DNA of 64,000 bases from the human T2T-CHM13v2.0 reference genome, Homo sapiens: assembly GCF_009914755.1 (NCBI RefSeq), contig NC_060938.1; one strand, written 5' to 3'. Within the stretch, counting starts at the first letter, position 1; the number at the start of each line of letters is the position of its first letter. Positions 1-13,655 of this stretch are shown piece by piece. A program made the position numbers and the translations under genes. Under the pieces are notes generated by a model that saw nothing but the letters and a program-made list of their open reading frames with translations, ran no database searches and had not been told where the DNA came from.

Positions 1-798
1 TCTAAGGTAGACTAGACACAAACCAAGCACTGCCACTCAGGATTGTCCGAAGAAACTGAGGCTATAAATAAGGAGGAATTTTCAGACACATTATGGTAAA
101 CCCTGGGAGGAGCTAGCAAGGAAAATTACAGAATTTCTTCCTCTGCAATAAATTCCCTTTATACTGCAAAATAGAATTTTTTTGCACAAAGCAGATAAAC
201 TAAATGACCCTCCTAAACCAGGATGTTCAGGACCAAAAGGGCAGAGCAGAAAACCCCCACAGGGATATTTCTTCTTTAAGAGGACAAGAGGAAGGCATTC
301 CTATTGGACTCAGGGGCTTCAGATTTTGCTGTTTCTTTTAAACCTGAAACAGAGAAATTTAATTTGAGGAGGACAGAAATCCTCTTTTGCATGCCCCAAA
401 TCTAAATGTTTCTTCTCTCTGTTTATAGCACTTCATAAATAACCCATAGCCAAGATAACAGTGTGACTTTCTTCCCCCAGCGTTGCAATCCTGTAGCGTC
501 AGAACAAAGACTGTGTGTGTGAGGAAAAAGCTGGAGATATTTGTTTACTGGAAGGAAGAAAACTGAGATTAAAAATTGCAGTTAGCAGGGGAGAAGGTGT
601 CTTCCTTCCCGCTGGCATTGCCCTGTGCCTGCGAGCCAGCCAGCCGTGCTCACAAGGAGCCTTGGAGAGGGCTGCGTCCGCCTCTGTGCAAGATGCTGAA
701 CCAGTGAAGAGGGCACGCTGGGCAGGGGGAGGGGCTGCCTCGGCCCTGGGAGGTGGAGGTGCAGCCGGGAACTTGGAGCTTTCGCTTAAACATAAGGA

Positions 799-818
799 AT
801 GATTTTTTCTCATCAACA
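799..818 (+). CDS. SYNE2: Candidate SYNE2 alternative first exon, coding part (MIFSHQ-Q), short nesprin-2 epsilon-type isoform
   Basis: ATG at 799 (G at -3) and consensus donor ACA|GTAAGT at 818/819. Phase 2 matches the acceptor at 6515. GC-rich region 600-790 lies upstream. Confidence 0.7.
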
Positions 819-2989
819 GTAAGTGCCATTTTCGTCATCAGCTCTGCATTGGGCCGAGGCGCCAGCTGCTGTCCCTTGTGTCTTGCTCTCTGGCTGTGTC
901 GCTTTGGTTACAATAGAAATCACCGATGAGATGGTGGCTGCGGAGTGTTTGTGCTCAGCCATCGGGGGATGGGTTCTTTCCCAGCGTCAGCATGCGTGTG
1001 GTGTCTGCAGTCTGCCTCTGACAAGCAGGGCAGAGGAGTGATTATGCCGTGTGGAAAATGGAAGTCCTCTGGTGACAAAAATGCTTTAAAGAGGCAATGA
1101 GCTCAGACGTGTATTGTAATGCCTCTGCCCCTAAATCAGGGCTTCAGGATCTTGGAGTAATGCATTATTTTGCCATAAGGATGTTTAGTCATGTGAAAAG
1201 ATACAATTGTACAGGATTTGTACAGTGTTTTTTGCAACTGACAGCTGCCCGCAGGTTTGACTATTTGTTTATTTCAGTACAAATTCAGATACTTGAACCA
1301 TCTCAGTTTTCCTTAGTATTTTTTAAATTAGGCATAGGAATTTTTTTGTTCACTTAGACTGATTTAGGGCTTTTATAATTTAACTGTAGACTCCTGAGCA
1401 CAGAGGATAGGACTAAATGGTAAATTATTCCATATGTATAAATTTGACATGTAAAGCCTTCATCATACATTGTTAAGGCTTAGGCTTGGTATATAGAATG
1501 TTGCTAACCTGACTTGATTTTGTTTGTTTGGAAGGAGAGCAGTGTTCATCAATGTTATATTCTCATCCATTGCTAGTTAAAAGAAAAACTTTATTTGCCT
1601 TGATTGTTTTCTGCATTTTTACCCATAATCACTGCAAAAGAACTCTTCTAATTTAAAGCGGCTCTTAGGCATAATTCTTTTGTTTGGTTTCATAGAAAAC
1701 ATTTTGCTTTTGTTCAGGTCTCCCAATAAAGAGCCTATGCAGGTGGAAGACTTCGCTTTTGTACCTAAAAATTTTGTTTTTCTGATTCTCATAACTGGAA
1801 TTTAATTCAGGAAATCATGCTGCTTTTTCCTGGAGAAAGGTTATTTGTTGAAATGTCTATGTGAGAAATGTTAAGAGCACCTGGGTCAAAACCTGGGCAA
1901 GTGCAGAGATGGTGGCCACGGCAGCAAAGCGCTCAGGTGGTTGATGTCAGGCAGTGTTGTGGTTGCTTCTGTGTGCCAGCAGTCTGGTTTCTGAATAGGT
2001 TTTCTCATTTCCAGATATTAACTTGAGATTTTAAATTTTTCAAGAGTAGTGTTAACAAGGCCCAACAATGTGGAGGTCAGTTGCCTGGGTTGGCAAAAGA
2101 CAAATACTTCCTGACCTGGGACAGGTGATAATTAGATTACAGTGTCTGTACAGAACAGAACGATACACGCTCAGCAGTGCACCTGATGAGTCCCAGGGTA
2201 AGTTGTTACCTGATGATCAGAGGAACAACATTTAGATTCCCAGGCATTTGGAGGTATTAGGCCTCTGGATGGAGTTTGGGATATACCGGCTAAATCCTGG
2301 CTGGATGAGTGCTTTGTCACTTGGTGACCTTCTTTTCCTTCCCTCCCACCTTCCCCCCCTCTTTAACTTGCACTAAGTATGCCTGTGATGTGAATGTCCG
2401 TCACTGCTTCATTGGCCCTGTGTGAAACCAGGGCTGAGGAGCACGAGTGGCTCCTAGGCTGGCAGCACACTGCTTTGTGGCAGAAGGGCTCTGATATGCT
2501 CTGGTCTTTACCTCTTTTCTTTAAAAATCTAATTTGGCCACCTCTTTATGAAGAAGACAAATCAGACAAATTGGAAGGTATGAGTGAACATCATTTACTC
2601 CTTCAACAGCTATTATTGAGCAACTCCTATGTTGTATTACAGTGTCAACATTACATCTAAATTAGGTGATGACCTCTCTGGGAAGAAGTCCTATCTTCCA
2701 GCTATCTCTGAATCCTCAGGGTCTGTGCAGGATCCAAGACAAGGCAAATGGTTAAGTGTTTACTGAAAGAAAATCATGGAGGGGAAACGTGGGCAGCATG
2801 TATTGAGCCTTCCAGCCTCCTCCCCAGGCACCTGCTAAGAGCCCAGGTTGTAGCATCTACTATATCAGCTCCTACCCCTCAGTGTATCCTGAGCTATGAG
2901 TCCAGACTTCTGGTCATGTTCTCTGACTGCAGCAAAATGATCCTGTATCTCCAGTATGTGCATGTTAGTGTGTGTGGGATTATGTGAGA

Positions 2990-3160
2990 GGATGGGTAGT
3001 GCTTAAGAACAGCAGCTCCAGACCAGACTACCCAGGTTAGAATCCTGCTTCCGCTATTGACCATGTGACTTGGGCAAGCTCTTTACTCTCTGTGCCTCGG
3101 TTTCCTCATCTGTCAAGTAGGGATAATAATACTACCTATCTCCTAGCATTGTTATGAAGA
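2990..3160 (+). mobile_element. MIR SINE, interrupted by an Alu
   Basis: tgtgacttgggcaag...gcctcggtttcctcatctgtcaagtagggataataat MIR core. Confidence 0.75.
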
Positions 3161-3167
3161 GGAAATG

Positions 3168-3450
3168 ATGCCTGTAATCCTAGCGCTTTGGGAGGTTGAG
3201 GCAGGTGGATCACTTGAGGTCAGGAGTTCGAGACCAGCCTGGCCAACATGGGGAAACCCTGTCTCTAGTAAAAATACAAAAATTAGCTGAGCATGGTGGC
3301 AGGTGCCTGTAATCCCAGCTACTCAGGAGTCTGAGGCAGGAGAATCACTTGAACCTGGGAGGCGGAGGTTGCAGCGAGCCCATGTCGCAGCACTGCACTC
3401 CAGCGTAGGCGATAGAGACTCTGTCTCAAAAAAAAAAAAAAAAAAAAAAA
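3168..3450 (+). mobile_element. Alu (AluS-like, slightly 5'-truncated)
   Basis: Dimeric Alu with a long A tail. Confidence 0.92.
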
Positions 3451-5084
3451 GTACATGAGTTGCTAACATGGAGCACAACAGGCCTAGCACATGTGGCCAT
3501 CAGCGTGGGATATAGATGTTTTATTTTAATAATTAAGTTTATAATTTTAAAGCATACACATTGTAGAAATTTTAAAAGAATGGGATGACAGTAGACAGTC
3601 TCATATTTTATTCCTACACCCCATTGGTTTGTTCTGAGCACCCCATTTTGGATACCACAGCCCTGGGGAAACCAAGCAAATTATTCCCCCACCTTCTCCA
3701 TACCCCCTCTGCGTGTTGCACACCTAACCCCCAGGGTTAACAGTTCAAGATCACCACAGTCCTGTGGATCTGTACCCAGGCTGTTGTGTTGCTAGTTAGC
3801 TCCTTTCATTTAACCAGTTGAATTCTTCCGGTGTGTTAATTGCTTTAAGTTAGAAGAGAGGAAACAAGGAAAAAGAAAAATATATATAAATAAATACTTG
3901 GATTCTAGCCCTCTTCTTTTCAAAATAAGAAAGAGGCTGAGATTCTTAGGGTGGAATAGGGTCAGGGGCTAGATGAAGGCCGTGGGAGATTTCATTCTGG
4001 GAAGAGGGAGAAGTGGGGAGGGCAGGAGAGCTGTGCAGAGGTCACGAGCCTGAGCCCTTCCCCCACCCCCGGGAAGCTCTCGTGGCTGGGCCTCTTCTCC
4101 AGCAGAGCCTTCCAGGAGGGCAGTCCCTCAGGAACTGCCTGGAGGACTCCTTGTCCCACAGTGCCAGGGGTTCTCAGCTACCCTGGTAGTTGTCTGGAGT
4201 GTTCTTTTTGGAACCAGGGCAATCAAGGTGGCAAGATACTGGGGTGAGGAGGGTGTACCTCTGAAGCCATAGGAATGAAGGCAGGATCTAGGTTACAGCT
4301 GTATCCAGGCCTGGTCCTGGATTCTGTTACTTTCTTTTTAATAAATCATCTGTGGCTTTGAAGGGAACGTATCCTTGTGGTGTTTGCAGTAAGAATGTAA
4401 TTTGGAAAACATGGCTCCTTGAAACTTATCACAACTGTAAGTTGCTGGGCATTTATCTCCGAGGCATTCTGCCTTTCACATGTTATATCTCATTCAGTCC
4501 CCTCAGCTACCCAGTGAAGGAAGGTACTACTGTTAACACCATTTTATAGATGGCATTAAACATGGCCAGGACGCAAACCCAGGCCCTGACCACAGAGTCT
4601 GTGTTCTTCCACCTCCAGACCACATGTCCTTCTTCCAAGCTTGCCCTTGAGAATAAAACACTGATGAAAGAACTTTGTGAGGTCCAATGCCTTGTAAATA
4701 AAGCGTGATTGTAGCATCATGTGGTCCAGCATTCACTCTGTGCAGCTGACTTTACATGCAGCCTCTTATTTCAAGCTCACCGCCACCTGCAAGGTGGATA
4801 ATTTTACAGATCATGAAGAAACTCAGAGTCAGCGGTTAGGTACATTGCAGGGTGCAGAGCTCTTAGATGGGAGAATGGAACTTGGGCCCAGGTCTGCTTG
4901 CCTCTGGAGTTCCGGCCCTCACCTCACCCGATGCTACCACTTCCCTGAAGCTTAAGCAGCTTTGCGGGTGTACTTGAAATAAGGGGGCTGAGGTGAAAGG
5001 ACTTTCACTAAATCTTAAAAGTAGCTGGTAATGGAACTAGAAGTCAGTCCCATGGAAGTGCCTGTCCGTATTTGTCCATTCACC

Positions 5085-5430
5085 AAGCATTTGTGGAGAG
5101 CTTCCTGCCCACCAGGCCCTGTGGGAGGTGCTGTGAGTGCGGCGGAAACTGGCCGGCTGCAGCCTGGCCATGGCACTCCCTGTCCTGGTGGGTGCACAGT
5201 GTCTGAGAGAGTGCAAGGTTAGAGGCAGAGTGGCCCCTGAATGCTTGAGGTACAGAGATCAAGGGGCTGAACCGGTTTTTCAGGGTAGGGCAGGGACTAT
5301 TGAAGGCTTTGAGCGTGGATCAGACTTGCCTTCTAGAACTTACTTACACTTTGGCTACAGAACCAAAGGTGGGCAGGAAGTCTAGGGGGCTGAGAGGAGG
5401 TTGTTCGGTCAAGTAAGAGGTGATGGTGGC
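5085..5430 (-). mobile_element. L2 LINE fragment
   Basis: cattcaccaagcatttgtggag start and ...gaaggctttgagc...gaggtgatggtggc resemble L2 3' sequence. Confidence 0.5.
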
Positions 5431-6514
5431 ATGGAGCACAATGCTTCCTGAGAGTTAGGGTCAGTGCACCCATTTATCTCTCTAGTGCTCCCAGCTATGG
5501 GGTGCAGTTCTGACAGCATCTCCCAACGTAAGTATTGATAAGTGGGAACTTTCCATTGGAGCCATTACTTTTAAATGTCTGAAATTAACTACAAATCCCA
5601 CAGAACGCCAGGACAGATCCTGGCTCACCTCGCTCTGCTTTAGGACTTTAAGGAAAGCGGTTTATTGGAGCATTTTATTTTAGTATATATGTCAGAAAAA
5701 GATTGTTTTCCCCCAACAGCTACATCACGTCCCCTTGACAGCATGTGGACGTGCACGCCAAGTTGTACTCATGCCATGCGTGTGCTTTCAAATCTGCTCC
5801 ACGCCGAGTTGGGCCGGATGGGAGCTGAGGCAGACTGGCGAGGGAGATCACATTTAGAACTGCGCTTGCGTGCAGATTTCCTTTGCCCCCTCCCTTTTAG
5901 ACGGACAGAGATGCCCCATAATCTACCCGCATGGGCTGGTTCAATGTATACGGCTGGGTGAACCCCTCATACTGAAGCGGTAGGGCTTGGCACATGTTCT
6001 CTGCTTACTCAGAGAGGAGGGTCCCATGAGAGGCCTTGTGGACCAAATACCACCAAGTGAACCAGGCGTGTAACATCTTTAATCTCCCAGGGTAGATCAC
6101 CGGCTGCTGCAGTCTCAGGCATACCCACGGCAGAAACTGGGCAGAAGTCAGGAGTGGTTATTTTCACTTAGGAAAAAATGGCATATCTTCTCACCTCTGG
6201 AGCCCCAGGAAGATGAACTGGGTCTCAGGGGCTCTCACTCTGGGAATGATAGGACTTCCATTTGCATGGGTGGATTAACTCTCAGTCCTTTTGAAAATCA
6301 ACAGAGGCAACAGCCTTGCAAAGCTTCACATATTCTCTGAGAACTCGTATCTGGTGACATGAGAGTTGTTCTGATATAAAATCAAAGCAAAATAGATTCT
6401 TTTTTACCCTGCAATGCTCTTACTGGCACATTCTTCCACCACTAAGTATTGGGCTTTTGTTTTCCATCACTGGTTTTTTTTTGTTTCGTTTTGTTTTTCT
6501 GCAAATATGTGTAG

Positions 6515-6677
6515 GGTGAAGAAGCTGAAGGAGACCTTTGCTTTTATTCAGCAGTTGGACAAAAACATGAGCAACCTTCGCACCTGGTTGGCTCGAATTG
6601 AGTCTGAGCTTTCCAAGCCTGTTGTTTATGATGTCTGCGATGATCAAGAGATCCAGAAGAGGCTCGCTGAGCAGCAG
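6515..6677 (+). CDS. SYNE2: Nesprin-2 exon (R)VKKLKETFAF...LAEQQ, spectrin repeat
   Basis: gtag|G acceptor, CAG|gtggga donor; 163 nt; recognisable nesprin-2 peptide. Confidence 0.96.
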
Positions 6678-7605
6678 GTGGGACAATCAGAAATGAGCTC
6701 TTGCAAGAGTACGGTGTCCGCGATATGCACTGACTGAGGCCTTCCCCGTATATCTATGTGTTTTCACGTGCTCACATTCCATAACATTGGTTTGCTTTTT
6801 CCAGAGAAAACTGACCACCTTTCCATGTTCTTATATCTGTCTCTTGAGTGCTCCCTCCCACATTCATGTAGCTTTTTGTGAAACTGTGTGAATACTGTTT
6901 AAGATGCAAACCTTAATCTTGGTGGTTAATGAGATTTTTTTAATTATGTCTTTTTTTAACTGATCTTTGTTGTGTTTTGTTAATATAGTTTTGAAAGGCA
7001 ATGAATTGAAAGAAAAGCAACTTTTCTAACCAAGGAAGGTTTTTATGGGATTATATTCTGTGTGTCTGGTACAGCTTTTTTAAAAAATTAAAACAAGAAA
7101 AGGTGTGATAAGGAACATGCTTGGACCAATAGTTTAGGAAGCCTCTTAAGAGCTGCAATGCTCTGTGCATTTTTGTTATCAGATATGCATGCTCTGAGCC
7201 AACCCTGGAAATTGGGCAGTTTGAAAGCTGCTGAGTTCTGCCAGTGTTTCTCATTGTACCCACCTGACAGGTGCTCTTTGATGTCACTGGTTTATCGAAT
7301 CCACTTTCCTGCCTTCCCTGGTCTCATGGCCACATGCTCATTCTCACTTGTAATGCCTGGATATGTCTTTACTTTTTTTTTAAATAGCTAAGTTTATCTT
7401 ATTCTTTCTTTAGCTTTTGTTCACCTGTTTTTCTCAGACCTATGGGCAGATTCTGTTTCAACCATAGAAGCAGTATGATTCTCAGACTTGAATCTGTTTT
7501 CTTCATGTTAAGCCTCCACCACACACCACATACCACAGGTGCTTGGAGACCGGATTGGGGGTGAACCTTTTTCACCAGATTTAATATTTGATACTACTGT
7601 TGACA

Positions 7606-7730
7606 TTTTTTTAAGAGATGGAGTCTCACTATATTGCCCCGGCTGGTCTTTAACTTCTGGGCTCAAGTGATCCTCCCACCCCAGCCTCCTGAGTAGATGG
7701 CACTGCAGGCAGGCGCCACCATGCCTGGCC
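7606..7730 (-). mobile_element. Alu monomer (FLAM-like)
   Basis: Single Alu arm with T tract. Confidence 0.8.
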
Positions 7731-8466
7731 CTCCCTGCTCTTGACTTTTCTAAGTGCTATTACAATTACTGTTTAAAAGATACCTGTTATCTGGCTTTCA
7801 AAGTGATATGATTTAGTAATGCTACAAATTAAAAATACTGGTTTTTCCACTTAGCCTTGGAACTTTAAGCATGTCTTTTTCATGGAGGTCATCTAGGCTC
7901 TGTCTTTGCTTTGTGCAGAAAAGAATATTGATATAAGTATTATGGAATTTTAATGGACATTACAGAGATTTTAATGCGTCTCTCATTGGAGTCACAGCTA
8001 CTGAACACATCAGTTTTACTTACAAGTGTGATCCACTAGGATGAATGTCTTTGAACAGACTGTGAAAAGGCAAGGCCTTGCAAATAACAATTTACCCTGA
8101 GTGGTGAGTTTTTTCAGGTAGATTATATGGAAGCTGTCAGTATCTTTCCCCTTAAAGAATGGCTGGCTAAATTTTGCAGGGGCTGTTGATTGTGTGTTAA
8201 TTTTTTATAAATCCGAAGTGTGACAGAACATTAAATTGCAGAGAATTTGTTCCCAAAAGCATACAGTTTGGAGCCACTGCTATTCTCTTAGCCTTATTTC
8301 TTCCCATCCTACAATGGCACATAATTTCAATCTGGTTGATTTGAAAATTCTGTCTTTATAGAATTCAGCATCACCTTAGTGACATTTCTATCCCTTGGTT
8401 ACTTAAAAAAAAAAAATTAATGGAATTGGTGTTCAGGACTACCATTATTGTAAAGAAGTTAAATGC

Positions 8467-8969
8467 TGTGTTAGTTTTCTACTACTGCTGTAACAAATTA
8501 CAGATTTAGCAGCTTAAAAACGCAAATTTACTATATATCTGGAGGTTAGAGATCTGAAATGGATCTCACTGGGCTAAGATCAGGGTGTCATCAGGATTAC
8601 GCTCCTTTCTGGAAGCTCTGGGGAGAATCCATTTTTTTGCTTTTCCTGGTTTTTAGAGGCCACCCACATTGCTTGGCTCACATGCGCCTTCTTCTGCCTT
8701 CAACGCCGTCAACATTGCATCTCTCTGTGTCTGTCTTCCTAGTCACATCTCCCTCTAGCTGACTCCTCTTCTGCTGTTAAGGACCCTTAGGATTACAGTG
8801 GGCCCACCCTGATAATCCAGGATAATCTCCCTATTTCAAGGTCAGCTGATTAGCAACCGTAATTCTCCTTTGCCGTGTAATCTAACATATTCACAGATTC
8901 CAGGATTAGGATCTGGATGTCTTTGTTGGGGGGTTGGGGGGTGTCATTGTCATTATTCTGCCTACCACA
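8467..8969 (-). mobile_element. MLT1 (MLT1D-like) MaLR solo LTR
   Basis: TG...CA ends; reverse complement begins TGTGGTAGGCAGAATAATG. Confidence 0.82.
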
Positions 8970-10948
8970 GATGATCTCAGGATACTTTCAGTATTTTTGT
9001 TAAAAAGAATAAGTTACAGTGTGTTTATATTATGCTAAACTCAGACCTTAAGTACCCCATCCAAAACACTGGAAACAAATGTGTCACACAAAAGAATTAT
9101 GTATGGGCCACTTTTTAAAACCTTACCTAGTGACCATTTTTGGTCTGGGTTAAAAAAACAACCACCTTACCTATGTTTACTTTTCAAACTAAATATAATA
9201 AATTAATTGCTTCCAAAAATAAGACCTAAAAACATGGCATCACCTAGTATTGCCTTCTGCAAAAGCCCTCAGCCCCCAAAAGTAGCTAAGAGCCATGATG
9301 TCCCCGGATCCTCACTGTAATATACCTGGTTGGGGAGGGGTCAGACCCTATAGGAGTCCTTTCTGTTTCACCTTTCTTATATAGAACACCTTTAAGTATA
9401 AGGTAATGGGGGTTATTCCTACGGAATATATCATCTTTAAAATGCACAGGAAGTAGTGGCAATTTTGTGACACTTAAATCACGAACCACTTTCATTGAAT
9501 CTTTAAGATCCCTGTCCTAGTTTGTTCATTGGTTGGTTGCTTGTTTCTCTGTGGGGTGCCAGATGGTGGCTTGGAGTTGTTGTTAGTTACCCTTCCACTG
9601 GCTAATTAATAGCCCCTGCCGTGGGCCAGTTGAGCTTCACCTCAAACCCCCTGAACCATCCCAATACCATCCTGTCCCACTTGCTACCCAAGCCCCTCCC
9701 ACAGACACATTCAGGAGCTGGCACTGGGGGCTTCACGCTATATGATTTTCTGTCTTTTCAGCCTGTTTTTCTTCTCCTCAGCCACCCTTACCTTCTGTTT
9801 TTGGTTCCTTTTTATTCTCATTCTTCTGGCTGCATTCTCTTCTCCAGTTTCATGTCTCCCCTTCTCCTCTTGCTCTGTACCCCCTGGCCCCCAAGTTCCT
9901 CCCCAACCTCAGGGTTATGTGTCACCTGCCCAGGGGCAGAAAAACGAAATGAACAGGAGCCTGTTAGAACTGTTGGCAAAAGTCTTTCTCATTGTTTTAT
10001 GTTGTTTCTTAAATCCACTTTTTCTCTAGGTTTGGACAGTTTCTAAAACCTGATTCTTGTGCAGACTTAGGTCTCCGTGGTTACTAGCGGTAGGATTATT
10101 TCAGCTTGCAAAATGTTCTTGTCTAGCACTTAAATGGTCTGCATTTTAAAATGTAGTCTATCACTTTATTTATTTTTTTTTTGTACAAGGTAACTAGTAG
10201 GCCATTGTGTGGTGTTTTACATGGTTTTTAAAAATTTTTTGAAAATGTTTTTTGAAAAGTTTTGAAAATGTTTGGGCTTTTTTTTTTTTAACCAAGATGT
10301 TGATGGTCTTTTATAAATTATTGTAGAGTTCATTTCTTACGGCCATTTACCCTAAATATTAATCAGTTTTCTTTAGCCATTTGATTCAATGTAAGCTGAA
10401 TAAATAATGTAGGATAATTGCAGAGTTTATTAAAATACAGAGCATTCATATTGTCCATAAACTAGAACTTCTCTCGGCTTTTCAACTAGACCTTACCCAC
10501 CTGGAGCCAGATGAGGTCATGGGCATTTTTCAGTTATTAATGATTAGTATTATTTATTTTAATACCAGTATTAGGGTTCCTAATTTATTATTTTAGTATT
10601 TACATGGGATATGTATCTTCTAATTTTAGAAGGGCCCATGACAGTTCTGTGAACCGGTAAGAGTTCTTAAAACTGGAATTTTATTTAGATGTAATAACTT
10701 TAAAGTTAGTCCTCAAATTGACTCCAGGGAGACTCCCACCATTCGAGCATATCAGGCATTCTACCCACACTGCAGAGCTTTAAAGAAATCACCCTGCACA
10801 TTCTTCACAGTGCACACAGGGTGGCCAAGTGGAAAACACATCTCTTCTGAATATAACCTGGTGGTGTTCATTTGTACTCGGGATCAGTGTTAGGAACTGC
10901 CTGATTTAAAATTCAGTTGGCGGGTTAGCATTTTATTTTCTTATATCA

Positions 10949-11275
<327 letters not shown>

Positions 11276-12471
11276 GAGAGTATGAAAATAGTGGTCCCAT
11301 CTAGTAATATAGTAGTAATCTCAAGTTATTTAAATATGAAAGTGACCTGGAATGAAGCTTATATTGCCTTTCTGTAGATGGTGACAGCTACCATTTATAG
11401 TACAGTCCTCTTATTAACTGAAATTTGTTGAGTCCTGGGAACTGGATTTAGTCTAGTTAATAGTGGTTAAAGTAGTGTAGATTTTAGAAATTGGTATATT
11501 ATCAAATAATTAAAATAGAATTTAACTTAGTGTTTGCTTTCTCACAATGTAATTTGGATATTAAAATTAATGCTGTGGTCTCATGTCACTTGTCACACAA
11601 TTTGGACATCAGGGATGCCTAACTCTTCCAGAATGGCAAAACAGGTTCCTTATCTCTCTCCCTCCCCGCAGCCCACCCATGGGGTACAGCAGAAATATTA
11701 TCTGATGATGACTAAAAATGCCATGTTTATTCGTGAAGAGGTTTTCCAGTTTTTTCCTATGACCATGCATTTTCTCTTCATAAATGTTATTTTTCCCAAA
11801 TTGGGGAACTGCATCACTATCATCATCAAAGGACAAGACTCCAGAGACCCCACCTCTCTCCAAGCCACCACAGCTTTGGCTGGACTTTATCAGTTGGGGA
11901 GGCAAGGTCTGTCTGCCAGAATTTCTCCCTTGGGCTCATGAAGCCCTTGAATGGGCTCACGGGGAAGCTGTGGGCATCCACACTGCTGCATGCACAATTT
12001 GGTGTGTGTTTGAAGAGTTCGGTAGCTGATAAAAGATTGAGAGTTCCTGCTGAAGAGACTCAGTTTCTAAAGACCTCCCTGAAACCAAGTCTAAACTGGA
12101 GCCCTTTGGGGTTGGGTGGTATGGAGTAGATCCCATGCATACCCGAAGTCTGTGGGGCGATGGGCTCTCAACAGTAATGGCGCCACCTGTCAGTGCGTAG
12201 AGGACACCCATCACCGTGGCACCCCTCACATGGTTCAGCGCATAAGTCCTAGATGTTTCCAGTGTTTAAACTTTGTGTCAGGTGCTGACAGCACAAGGGT
12301 AGCACAAAGATGAGAGGGATTCCATGTGTACTGCCAAGTTCATGGTGGAAATCCACCCAGGGAAGTATCCCCTGAGCTGGGAGAAGGGAGGGAGGAACGG
12401 AGGTCCTTTGATGCTGACCCTCCTGCTGCCACCAACATCTCAAGAGGTTTCTTACTCTGTTGTAATCACAG

Positions 12472-12659
12472 GATCTACAGCGAGATATTGAACAACACAG
12501 CGCAGGGGTGGAGTCCGTGTTTAACATCTGTGACGTCCTACTGCACGACTCCGATGCCTGTGCAAATGAGACCGAGTGTGACTCGATCCAGCAGACCACC
12601 AGGAGCCTGGACAGACGCTGGAGGAACATTTGTGCCATGTCCATGGAGCGGCGCATGAA
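12472..12659 (+). CDS. SYNE2: Nesprin-2 exon DLQRDIEQ...SMERRM(K)
   Basis: cacag|GAT, AA|gtaaga; 188 nt; frame continuous with neighbouring exons. Confidence 0.96.
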
Positions 12660-13141
12660 GTAAGAACTAAGCTCCCCCAAATGCCTTCAGCGTGGTCAGC
12701 CGAACTCAATACACCCTTCTGACCTCATTCACAGTAACTATTCTGTTCATTTCACTTAGAAATGCGCCAGGTATTGGCAGAGAAGGCCCAACGCTTATCA
12801 AAGGATTTATTCAAGAAAAATGTAACCGGAGTAATGTCTCTCCCCAGCTGTCCTGTGTGGGGTGTGGCTGTGGACTGGCCGCTGTGCTTCCGTTGACCTA
12901 GCTGGGCAGTAGTGGAGGCAGCCCTGTCTCCTGGTTTTTTAACCTCTGTGAAGCAGGAGCTCTGAGCTGCTTGGCGCTCCCAGGCAGGAGGAGCACAGAC
13001 AAGAAGTGGCGTCCCTCTTATTTCCCAGAAGGGGTAACAGGGTCTCCCCCACTAAACCGTGCGGGTGTCAGGGGATAAAAGAAGTGCAAAAGCACAGGCT
13101 TGGAGGGGATGGCTTGTGTTAAGTTGCTTTGCTCCCATCAG

Positions 13142-13292
13142 AATCGAGGAGACGTGGCGCCTGTGGCAGAAGTTTTTAGACGACTATTCTCGCTTTGAGG
13201 ACTGGCTCAAGTCAGCTGAGAGGACGGCAGCCTGCCCAAATTCCTCAGAGGTGTTGTACACGAGTGCCAAAGAGGAACTGAAGAGGTTTGAG
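13142..13292 (+). CDS. SYNE2: Nesprin-2 exon IEETWRLWQ...ELKRFE
   Basis: catcag|A, GAG|gtaaac; 151 nt. Confidence 0.96.
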
Positions 13293-13655
13293 GTAAACAC
13301 CTTCTCCATCCCGGTCTCCTGATCATAACCAAGCCTGCAGCGAGCCTGGGGGCTGCTGAAATGACTTCCTCTAAGTAGCCAGCTTCCCCTCACCTCTGGC
13401 AAGGGCTGCCTAAACCACAGCCTGCCCCCAGCTGCTGAGACAGCTTTGCAAGACATTGCTGATGTACTCCAGCTGCTATGTAATGAACTTGAAAGCCTGT
13501 TCTGTAGCTGGCATCAGGACTGGTGAATTAGGCCCTCTGCTGCCATTGCAGTTTGGGGATGAACCCCTGGCAGCAGGTCGCTTGGGATGTAGAAGGGAAG
13601 GAGGGCGTCCTGGCACTCTGCATGCTTTGGCTCTGACCCCTCCCATGTGATGCAG

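Noticed and set aside
2190-5535. Consensus donors AGG|GTAAGT (2198) and AAC|GTAAGT (5528) as further first exons
   Set aside because: Nearest ATGs give phase 0 and phase 1, not the phase 2 needed at 6515; no promoter-like context (non-coding use cannot be excluded)
5725-5875. Small CpG cluster with ACGTG/TTGCGTG (HIF/AhR-like) motifs
   Set aside because: Short motifs at near-chance frequency; too small for a CpG island
9621-10046. 141-aa hydrophobic ORF
   Set aside because: Product of a pyrimidine-rich low-complexity tract lacking stop codons; GTG start
11534-11941. 135-aa ORF in a SYNE2 intron
   Set aside because: TTG start, no similarity I recognise, no matching splice phases
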